DNA of 63,704 bases, filler included, from Sluysia triapertura (Eukaryota), in assembly GCA_046118255.1 (NCBI GenBank). It is 5 parts of 5 records of this genome, joined end to end, with 100 filler letters (N's around TTAATTAATTAA, not from the genome) between each part and the next. Parts side by side here need not be neighbours in the genome. Positions count along the whole stretch, not along the records: positions 52,823 to 63,704 come from JBJNIA010192085.1; 4 more parts are not named here. One strand, written 5' to 3'. The notes beneath the pieces were generated by a model. It saw nothing but the letters and a program-made list of their open reading frames with translations, made no database searches and had not been told where the DNA came from. The position numbers and the translations under genes are program-made. How positions within the stretch are numbered: the stretch's first letter is position 1; each line of letters opens with the position of its first letter. This document shows, piece after piece, positions 52,823 to 63,704 of this stretch.

Positions 52823-54106
52823 CTGTTTTATTATTAAGTGGGTTTTAATATATTATTAAAATTATTAAAATTACTTTAAGACTTATGAACTTTTTACTTT
52901 AAGATACGATGGATAATTTTATGTGCATTCACTTAATTTGATTGGTTCCCTCTTACCAATTGTTGCGTCTTATAATAATATTAATGCAACACTAAATGTT
53001 TCAGAATCAATGCTCAATCAAAATAAAATTTATATTATCAAATTTCACAAATCAATGTGCAGTTACAAATCAAATAATAGTTATTTAGCAATTATTTCTA
53101 TTGAGCACAAAAGTATCAAAATTACATGAATGCTAAAACCCAAGTTTGAGGCTATTTCTTACTGAGAAATATATCGTTTTTCCTCTTCTATTCGAAAAGT
53201 ATACTAACAATATTTTTTTGAAGCTAATTCAGAACCAAATCGAATTTTTCCGCATTCACTTTTTTAAAATTGCTAGGTTTTCATTAGCAAAAATTTTTAA
53301 TTATTCTCTTTTGCTTTCAATTTCAATTTAGTTTCCATTTGTTGTATTTCTACTCATTTAATAAAATGATTTTCGAGTATTAGATGAATATCCATTGTTT
53401 AAAATTATAAAACTTAGAATTGTAACCATTAAGAATAATGTCATAACAAAAACAAAAATAGTAATAAGTATAAAAATAATAAAAATAAAATTTAGGTAAT
53501 AATAATTCTATAATGATTCTATAAAAATTAAACTATGTAAAAATAGATTGTAATATTTTTACTTAAATTTAAATGTTTAAAAATTTAGATTTGTGAATTG
53601 TTATGTGAATGTTTTAACAGATTTGAATGTTCTATCAAAAAGGAATTAAAAATATTTATAAAATTAAATTCAAAACAAATGATAAAATTTTCAACAATTT
53701 TGATTATTAACTCTTAAACTCTTTAATAAATTTAGCAATTTATTTGTAGAGTTACAAAAAATTGTGGAAAGAAATGTAATTGTTTGCAAACTGAATTGTT
53801 TGGTCACCAAAATATCTGTCAGATTCGGAAGCGTGCCCAGCAAGATTTCATTCTGTGTTCATAATTTATTCCATTATCAAATTTTTTAGAATTAATAAAA
53901 ATAATAATTTTTTTCCTCAATTCTTTAATTGGCATCAGAAATTTCCAAAGTTTCCATGAATGATAAATTAATAACAACACATTTCATTCAATGTATAGCT
54001 TTAATCCAAAATTATTTTACAAAACGTTTTTTAATCAAGTTAATTAACAAATACAAGCTTACCAATTTTATATATTGGTAAAAATATAGAGCTTTTCATA
54101 AACTAT

Positions 54107-54274
54107 TTAATCCTTTCGCCACCAAGGGAAAATGTAAATATCGCCAGACCAATAACATCCTGTATCTATTATTTTATGATATAACCCATCTATGAACGTA
54201 ATGATTTTGTACAAATAATTATCATAAACTTATAATGAACAATAAAATCGGGACGCTGGTAAAGAAAGAGTTAA
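54107..54274. mobile_element. Degenerate piggyBac-type MITE
   Basis: TTAATCCTTTCGCCACCA...GCTGGTAAAGAAAGAGTTAA; terminus related to that at 22876. Confidence 0.5.
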
Positions 54275-54860
54275 AATTTTATATTATTGACTTGTACGAT
54301 TCATTCGTTAATCACCTTCATTATCATCACTTTATTATTACTATTATTGTTACTATTAATATTATCAATAATTATTAATTATTAATTTCTATAATTATTT
54401 TTATTTTATTATTACTACTTTTTTTATTATTATAATTTTTATTGTATTATAATATAATTTTTAGAAATTCCATAAATTTTACAAAATAGTGAATTTAATT
54501 GTGCATTAATCAATTTTGTAATCTTTAATCCATTTAAACAACTTAAATAAAACTCTTTCGAAATAATGGTTTATGTTATCCTTTAAAAAAAAATGCAGCA
54601 GGCGCATTCACCCCAATAAGAAAAATAAAACAGCAAAATAATATTAAAAGAACGTATAAAACTTTATGCATAACAAACAATTTCATTTGAATGTTTTGAA
54701 ATCGTGCTAACATTTTGTCAGCATGTGTTCAGCTATTTGTACAAAAACATTTTTCTTTATGTTTCAATGTTAATTCATGTTATCTGATATTTAATACAGA
54801 ATATTTGCTATTCATTTTAACAAACTATTATAAAAATATCTTTAGTTTCGTCTACTACAT

Positions 54861-55017
54861 TGTTCGGGTATAGGCCTAAAGTGCCATAGAATAATGATAA
54901 TATAATTGACTCTAATAAAACAAATTTCTAGATGTGGTTGATAACTCAGTGGTCAGATTATTGAAGCGAGATGAGTCGGATTCAATTCTCGGTCAGTTCA
55001 TTTACTGAAGTCTAACA
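54861..55017 (+). mobile_element. Mini solo-LTR-like element containing a tRNA-derived Pol III promoter, copy 2
   Basis: TGTTCGGGTATAGGCCTAAAGTGCCAT start is homologous to copy 1. A box TAACTCAGTGG, B box GGATTCAATTC, shared CGGTCAGTTCATTT...GAAGTCTAACA end. Flanks ACAT / AAAT. Confidence 0.55.
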
Positions 55018-56289
55018 AAATCATCAACTATATTAAGGTCTATATCTTTATTGTTAATTCTGTCATTCGTTATAAAATATACCATTAATAACATTAAATC
55101 ATGTAAATGTCGCCGTAATAGATCAGTCATCATTACTATATATAATGGTTCTTGAATTTTCAGGCGTAGTAAATGTCATCATAAATTACTACCTATCAAA
55201 ATTTCAATCTTAAATTAATTAACACTATTTCTACATTTTTATTTGAAATTATTTTCTAAGTTTAACAATTTTTTCTCAATTCGTGCTTTGGCTTTTCGTA
55301 TAATTCTTTCAGCTCATCCTAGATCTAAATGTGCCTGTCTGATGCACAAATAGATATAAACAAAATCGGGGTAGAAATGTAATTAAATTTGTTATAAAAT
55401 TATTAAAACGAAATTATTTATAAAGTAAAATGTCAATAAGAATATATTACAATCTCTTAATATTTATCTACTTTAATTCAAAATTTGATACTTTTCACAA
55501 TATATGTTTCATAATTCTTTAATTAATTCAAATGTAACCATATTACTATCAATGATGTGAATAAAATCTTTTTCAGAAAATCTTTTATAAATTCAGAAAA
55601 ACAGATTTCGATCTAATTGGTTTTTATTATTACTAGATCGTATAAACTTTTTCATGTAAACAATCATCGACAATATCATCAAAGAAATTACAACTGCAAT
55701 TAAAAAAAAATAAATAAATATGTAAACTTCTTCAGCTAACATATTAACCGATAATGCACATTGTGCTAAATATGATTTTATCTTTAATTCATTCTAATGC
55801 AAAAATATAAGCCGAATAAAATATTTTATTTTAATAAAATATTTTATATGTTCTAACTATTAAGAATCCTAACAACATCAAGGAAGATGGTTCTGATAAG
55901 AGAGATAGAATTACAAATTATTGTATTTAAATTTATTCACTATACTCAAAGTTAATTAAGCACTCTAAACATTAAAGTATATTTTGTAAAAATCAAATTA
56001 TTACAAAAAAGAGACCAACTTAATATGATGTTTTTGAAAGTTTTTATAAATTTTGTATTTACTAACTCAGTTCTATCGTAAATTATATCATTATCATTTT
56101 CTGCTTATTGTTTGTATAAATTCAATAGCAGTTACTAGTTCTTTTTTAGATAGTTTTAATTATAAAATCTATACTATCAAAAAAGCTTTCTATAGTTGGA
56201 TTTTAATTCCAACTTCGTAAAATAATTATCAACGATCCTTTTCATAGGATCTTCGCAAAACATTAATTAAAAAATATAACTAAATTACA

Positions 56290-58190
56290 AAACCTTCAGA
56301 ATTACTAAAAACTGTTAAAGTTAGGATCCACCAAAGAAGTTTTCCTTCTCAATCGACGTCGCAAGTCCTTTTTACTCTTATCTACAAAATCCAACGGCTG
56401 GCCCTATCTGGTAAGTCCAGTACATTGGTGAACTCATGCTAAGCTTTAAGCTTCTATTTTTTTCGCAGCATCAATAAGTAATCAAATTCGTATAGATGTC
56501 AATTCCAACGTACAAAACATTATTGTAAGAAACGTTAATCACACTATTCTGATTAACATAATGACAAGCCAAGATGTAATTTACCCATCATCTCAAATGT
56601 CTGGGAAAATCGAAAGAGAATTTCTAATGTCCAAAAGAATACTAAACTTCCTATCGCAAAAAATTATGTTATATAAAAGTAAACAAAAGAGTAATTTTAA
56701 TCAAATCATCCATTTCAACAACAAAAACAAAGATATGATTAGTCTCACATTAGTTTCACACAAGTGTTTGGCACAATGTTCTTCTCAGACCAATGAATTT
56801 GAAATGTGTTGAATTTGGCAAATGATGCAGCTATTACCACAATCTTAAAGAAATGGATCGCGATGGAACTACAAACGACAACTTTAATCAGCATATGAAA
56901 AGAATAAACAGACTTATTACATCTTTAGGAAACAATGAAGTAAATTTAAACTTTTATTTTAAACCAAAATCTAACCTTAATTGTGTTTATTACAGAAATT
57001 CGTATTTGGTAATAATGATAGGATGTCCGAAGTCAAACTCAATTGTCAACTTGACCGAAAATTTGACAATAATTATTAAATCTATTAAATTTCATAGCAG
57101 TTTGTAACAAGTATCAATGATTATGTATTGATCATGTACCAAAAAATCATTACGAATAATTATGTTTGTAATCATATGATGACGTATTGATAACTGTATT
57201 TATCTATTTATATCTGACATTATTATTGATTTTTGTTTGACTTTTTAATATTTGGAATTTTGTAAAGAAAAATCGATTGTTAATAATTATCTTGGAATTT
57301 TGTAAAAAAAATTTTTTAAGGTATGTAATTTTTAATTCTTATTAAAATCATCATTTTTAAATTAAATTATTTTAAATTAAACTAATGTGATTCAATTATT
57401 TTTAATTTAAAATTTTTAAAAAATATTGAAATTTCAAAATATGTCCTTTTGTTTTAATCTGACCATAGAAAAAAATTACAAAAACACACGTAAGAACAAA
57501 ATTTTTGATTATAAATCCAAACAATAAATTTTACTTACAAATTTTTATATAAAGAATATTTGGTTTGAAGAAATCTTCGTTGGAAAGAAACATTTTTCAA
57601 ATTCTAATTAAGGATCACGTTAGATTGATTTTTGTTAAAATTGGATATTCATAGAATATCAAGAGTAAAATCAACTTAAATTCATAAATCTTTATTTGGA
57701 TAGTATAACGATCTTGAAAAAAATAATTTTTAAAATTCTTTTATATACATAAACTAATTGTACTTAGTTTAATGCAATTTTGATATTTTTACTATTTTAT
57801 TTCTTAATTTATTGTATACATTCATTTTGATAATAAAACGTAAATTCGTTATTTTAAATTTTCTTTACTATAGTTTTAAAATCTCAAAATCAGTCGATTC
57901 CAAAGCTTTCACACACTAGAAGTTAAGTCTAGTAGGTAAACTATATTTTATTTGATTCCATATAACGGAATCTACGTAATATTATCATTTAAATTTACTG
58001 CATTTGATATTTAATTAATTTACTTAAATTATCTAAAAGACATTTACCTCCAGAACTTAGGTGTTAAGTAGAACTTTTATAATCCAAGTCAAGCATCTTT
58101 TCTTACGATTAAAATCCAACGGCTGGCCCTCGCTGGTAAGCCCAGTACGTTGGTGAACTCACGCTAAGTTTTATTAAATTTATTCTCAAC
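56290..58190 (+). mobile_element. Deleted LTR-retrotransposon remnant with direct repeats
   Basis: Direct repeats 56386-56448 and 58111-58173 (57/63 identical) flank RT-like TNDNFNQHMKRINRLITSLGNNEVNLN (Gypsy-type H..L...L....lN pattern). Confidence 0.5.
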
Positions 58191-60299
58191 TAAGTAAAAT
58201 TTCTTGCAGAATGATGCAAATATAATGTATTAAATGTGAGAAGATTTATATGGGAGAGGAGATTCTAGATATGAGTTTGAAATTTTTGTATACTGGCTTG
58301 TTTGAGAATAAGAACATTAAACATTTTCATAAGGAAATTGGGTGTTTTAATTCAAAGTTTAATCAGTAAGAAATATGTTATTAACCTTAATTCTAAAGAA
58401 ATAACTTTAGTTTCACCGTTATGCACTGATGAACTAAAGTAGCTTCCCTACAGCTATAAATTTTTATTAACTTGATTTCACTTGACCCAGTCCTATTGTT
58501 TTTTGTATAAATATTGTGCATAAATTAACTGCTTATATAGCTGTTTTATGATACTTTAGGAAATTAAAATTGGAAATTGAACAAGACGAAAATTAAATCT
58601 GCCAACTCTTTTAGTCCGTAATAAGCCAACAAATTTTACTGATTGAAATTTCCGTTATGTTCAACATCTTTATCATTTTAATTATCTAAGGACAATGGGA
58701 TTTGTGGTAAACAATCCCATTATCTATTCATTATCATCTAATTAAAATCCAAAATCATTATTATATCAATAACATAATTTGTCAACTTAATTTAAAGATA
58801 AAATTTGTAAAGGTGTATAATATATATAGTGGTTTATTTATATTGGTCCATTCGTGTAACAGTGTAAATATTTTTTATTTTTAGAAAATAAAAGAAAAGT
58901 ATAAAACAAATTTAAACGTTTAAATTTTTTTGTCATTCAAATGAAAAATATTAATTTTGATTATAATGAATTAATAATATTTTGATAGATAAAAATGTAT
59001 GGCTAAAAAAGTAAATAAATCATTTTTCTGTTAGAGATAAATTAATTAGAGGTAAATCGTTATTATTAATGGAATAAATATTTAGATATTTTCGGTCAGC
59101 TAAAATAAATAAATTATTTTTCTGCTAGAGACAAATTCTTTTTTCCGTTAGAATGCATCTTTACTAGAGGCAAAAATAATTGACTATAAATAGCAAATAA
59201 CTAACAAAAAATTGACACAACAAAAAACGGCTTTACCGTAACAGTGATTTTTCGTGATTAGAGTTTAAGACTTCTACTCAAAGGACTAAAACCAAAATTC
59301 GTCCAATCATTTGACCGGAAATTACTACCACAGAAAATTATCCTCATTATTTTCATATCAACGTAAGTTTTTAATGATAAGCTTCCTCTATAATACTTTA
59401 GAGTTAAAATCCTAGGTAAAATCTTGACATTTTTATTAACCAAGAATTAATCATGTTTCAAACTACATTTTTAGAATCAATTTTGATTAAGATTTTTACT
59501 CTTAATTATTAATTTTGAATATTTGTATTTATGTATTACACTTTGTAATTGTTTTATTTAATTTATTTATTTTGATTAATAAAAGTTAAATGTTATTTCT
59601 TGTTATTTTAATTTAAGTAGTGACTTATTTTTTGAGAATTAAATTGATTAGAAGTTTTATGTGAACCGCCATTAAGAGACAATATTTTGACATACTACTG
59701 TCCCAAGTAAGTTTTAACAATTAATGGAAATTTGTTCATTCTATTTTCAACAAAATTTTTAAAGTTTTAAATATCTTTTAGAACTATGATTCATTTATGC
59801 ATGCGAAACAGATAACTTTCCAAGAAAAAAATAGAACGGTAAAATATTAAGTCAATGTCATAAATTTGGCAATAGTACTAATTACAAATTTCATTCTTGT
59901 CAACCTATTAATTCATAAGGGCAAAAACTAAGGATGTATTTCGGTATAATTTTCATAATTTTGATCTACAATACTTGATTTAAATGGTTTTGATTTAAAG
60001 CAAGCAAATTTTGCTTAAATACAACATTCTCGAAAACCAAAAGAAATTAATAACCAATTTTATTACGACGAAGCTTAATCTGTAAATATATCATTTATTT
60101 CAAGAATACTCTGCTGTACTTAATTGATAATTATTTTTATCAATTATGCGTATTTTATTATTATTTATATTATTACTAATATTTTGATACTATTATAATT
60201 ATTATAATGTCATAAAATAAAAATTTGATAAAAATTTATAAAAAGGTACTTATAAATTAATTATAAATTATTATATAAATTATCATATTAAATTAAAAA

Positions 60300-62210
60300 T
60301 TTTGGTAGGTGATACAATATTGGTTTAAATTATAAATTTATGTTCAAGTTAATTTTCTTATTGATAAAGAATTTAGAACTATAAAATGTATTGATAAACC
60401 TTTCATGATCGACAATTGTTGTAAAGATTTGAAACAACTGGTCTTATGACAGACTATAAACTAGATTGATCACATGGTTAGGTTATGGGAGAAAATTTGT
60501 TCTTGATTTGAATCTTGCTGTACTTCAAAGATATTATGAGCATAATTGCAGTTTGCACCGAAATTGAAGCATTTTCCGTCAAGTAGCGTGGTAAAGAGAC
60601 CGATGTCACGCTTGTGATATTGATGTGACTTTTGTGAACGAGATAGAGATGCTTGGTGGTTCAATGAATTCATTAACAAATCAGATGTTATTATATCTGC
60701 CACGGTAAAATGCATTAAAGGGATATTATCTGACATTAAATATAAATTGGAAAAATCTAAATCTAGTGTTGATACATATTGCTTCAAATTTTATGAATTA
60801 GTAAATCTTATTTCGTACGAATTATAATTTGAATTATTTTGCATGTGCATAGCAATTTAGTGTATACAAATTTGTGGAAATATTGTTGAATTATGCAAAT
60901 TAAATTATTGAAGTGTAGAATTCGATAAATTAACAGAGGCAGTAGTTATTATCGATTTTGTAGATGTATTGATTAAAAAATAAACGTGTTTAACACTATC
61001 TTAAACATCTAAATCTGCCAAAGAGTACATCTTAATAATATTTTGAACTTGTCATTGTTGTCGTTGCTTTTTGATAACAGTGTAATAAAACGATTAGATT
61101 TAATTTTAACGAATAATAATGATCTAAATCTATTATTTGGGTTGTATGTCGATACAGATATAATTCAAACTTTTCAAATTGATTATCGATTTGTTGCATC
61201 AATAATTGGTTGCTTGATTTCAGAAGACTTTATTGACGAATTTAATTTTAAATAAAATAAGGATCTTTTAAAATTATAAAGTTTCGACATTTTCTCTTTA
61301 AAACTCATTTTATATTATAGTTAAAACTCCTTTTTTAAAACTAATAATTACTGACTCAATTAATTGTGATTTAACTCATTAAAATAATGTTATTTTTTTC
61401 TAACTTGTGCATTCTCAATCAACGAAATGTTTTGTGCTCATGAAACCATAAATAGTAGCCAATCGTAACCGTGGCTTAATATAAATTCTTGATTAAAATT
61501 AACGACAGTAGGCAACATGTAAAAATTGAAAAATAGTAATTAATATCAGTAAAAATAGTGACAGTAACCAGAAAACATCAAATAATGATAATGATGAATG
61601 ATAATTATTAAAATGACAATGAATTATAATTGATAATAGTAATAAACGTACTAATAATAATAATAAAATTAAAATAAAATCAATAATAATAATAAAAATG
61701 AAAATGATTATATAATAATGAAATATATAATAGTGATGACAACAAAAATGAAAATAATAAAAATTCAATACATGAATTCTTTACATAAACTCTCTACTTG
61801 ATTTTATCTAAAAGTTTCTGTCTTTCTTGAATAACGAAATATAATGTAACGAAGTTTTATGAGAAAATATAAAAAGAAGGTGTAAAAGTAGTTAAAATGT
61901 TGAAAGAAATTCCATTTTGATTGTAACGTTAACATTGATTTTGAAATGTGAATTTAATGTTTTTCAATGATGTTAATGAGTGAATGCCGAACAATTGTGA
62001 ACTTGAAATGTTTTGATTAAACTTTTAAAGTATACATTTGATGATTTAAGATGTTGAGTGAAATTTTAATGTTATGCAATTATGAGTTTAAAATGTTTTA
62101 AAATGTAAAGGAATTTTAATGAATCTGAAAAAGTGAAATGTGCAATGTTGTGAAATGTAATATTTCGTGTGATGTTAGATTAAAATTTCAGATGAAAAGA
62201 TTGGCCACCA
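60300..62210 (-). mobile_element. Decayed LTR-retrotransposon-like element (CCCH-ORF family, copy B)
   Basis: Minus-strand TGGTGGCCAAT at 62210-62200, G-poor leader (62180-61860), broken ORF with GKCFNFGANCNYAHNIFEV (C-x6-C-x3-H, same spacing as copy A). Confidence 0.5.
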
Positions 62211-63704
62211 CGAAAATAACTTCTAAATTAAATTTATAGTATAAAAGAATTATAAAATTTATTATTATAGAATAACTACAGAAATAATTAATATTCGAAT
62301 TTATATTAAAATTGGAATTACTGAAATAAATAATATTGGAATTTATTATTGCAATTGGTATATAAGGACCAATAAAATGCATTTTATTACCGCAATTATT
62401 ATCAGGACTGTATTGAAGTTAGGTTTCTTGAATTAAAACTTTGAATTATATTTAATTTAATTGTGAAGTCATACGTAGAAAAAAAGAATTCAACAATAAA
62501 TTTACTTATTAAAATAATACACAACTTAAAAGAAGAAGAGCGTTATTCAAAATCACCATTAAATTGCGTATGGTACTCTGAATTTTGTTAAAAGTATTTT
62601 TTATATATAGTTTTGTGGTTAATAAAACTTTTGTTTTAACTAAATCCTTTTATTTCTGACTAAGTCCAGAAAAGGACTAATCACACTAGTAGAGACTTTA
62701 ACCTTCAGAATAACTTTGACAATTCTAAAGAATAGAGTAGAATGAAAAGTCAATAGCAAATAACAAAGTAAAAGTTAAATGTAAAACTAAAGCTAAAATT
62801 AGATTACAAAACGTTATAATAATAAAATATTTATAATAATATTATCAATATTATTACTATATATTTTATACATAATTATTACATTGTTCCCAAAAATATG
62901 CAAATGTTTATACTAAGAAAATTGTCTGAAGGTTAGTTCGCCTAATAGATACGACTTAAATCTGTAAAGAAGGCGCTCTACCAGGATTTTTGTAAAGTAA
63001 TTATGTAATATGTAAAAATAGTCAAGAAATTGTGAGTTAAGAATCACGAATGAACAGATAGTCTCTTGTGAAATATTAGCCACAAATATTTTAATATCAA
63101 CAAATTGTGAACTTTAAGTCAGCCTGTTATGGTCTGCCAAAGTATTTTAAATTATTTAAAAAGAAAAATAAATATTACGTGGTAATATGTATTATCAAAA
63201 TTATACAATAAAAACAAACATATAACAAAATGGTAAAACAATAATAATAATAATAACGATTTTAAAACCTTAAGATTAATTCTTAGGTTTCACAAAATTG
63301 ATTTTAATTTAAATTAACCTAGCCTATAAGGTCTAGGATGATATGCAGTAATTTTAAGTAGAGATTTTAGTTGTCCTACTGCTTGAAGTTAGGATTTTTT
63401 ATTAAACTTATTTAGAATAACCTTACTTACTCATGGAAGCTGTACTGGACATTTAGAAGACATCGATGATTTAAATACCTTATAGAAACGTTGTTTTTAT
63501 AATTCCAGAAATGTTACGTTTTTTTGTTTATTTACAATATTTTAAATAATATTTATGCGATAAAAAAATTTATACCATAAGAAAATTATTTATTTACTGC
63601 TATCAATAATAAAAAACATTTAATAATTAAATTCTCTTTTATTTAATTTAGTAATAATATAATATTTATTAATTATAATAATTTAATAATAAAATAATAA
63701 AAAT

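Noticed and set aside
58111-58173. HDV-like ribozyme (CCTCGCTGG resembles HDV L3/P3)
   Set aside because: No P1, P1.1 or P2 partners could be assigned.

Overview
Very AT-rich (roughly three quarters A+T), intron-containing animal genomic DNA. The mix of 35-37 nt micro-introns and multi-kb introns plus (AAT)n microsatellites suggests a flatworm-like invertebrate, but this is inference only. The window is five contigs joined by artificial 100-nt spacers (44 N + TTAATTAATTAA + 44 N), so adjacency across spacers is not biological. Protein-coding content, all on the + strand and reconstructed from splice sites: the first coding exon of a neurocalcin/hippocalcin-type calcium sensor; five exons of ANKRD27/VARP (VPS9 domain); one internal exon of the HECT ligase UBE3B; a divergent three-RRM ELAV/Hu-like gene; and the 3' six exons of a fibulin-like protein. 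Most remaining sequence is decayed transposons (Tc1, mariner, piggyBac MITEs and remnants, Gypsy-like LTR elements). Highlights: (1) a polycistronic box C/D snoRNA cluster inside one 794-nt ANKRD27 intron, with one SNORD60/snR48-type guide and three SNORD80/snR60-type guides that carry an unusual second guide and compensatory C/D boxes; (2) 134-157 bp solo-LTR-like elements containing a tRNA-derived Pol III promoter; (3) a decayed LTR-retrotransposon family whose first ORF carries CCCH rather than CCHC zinc fingers; (4) same-strand juxtaposition of ANKRD27 and UBE3B internal exons. Homology statements and rRNA numbering are recalled from memory, not from database searches.
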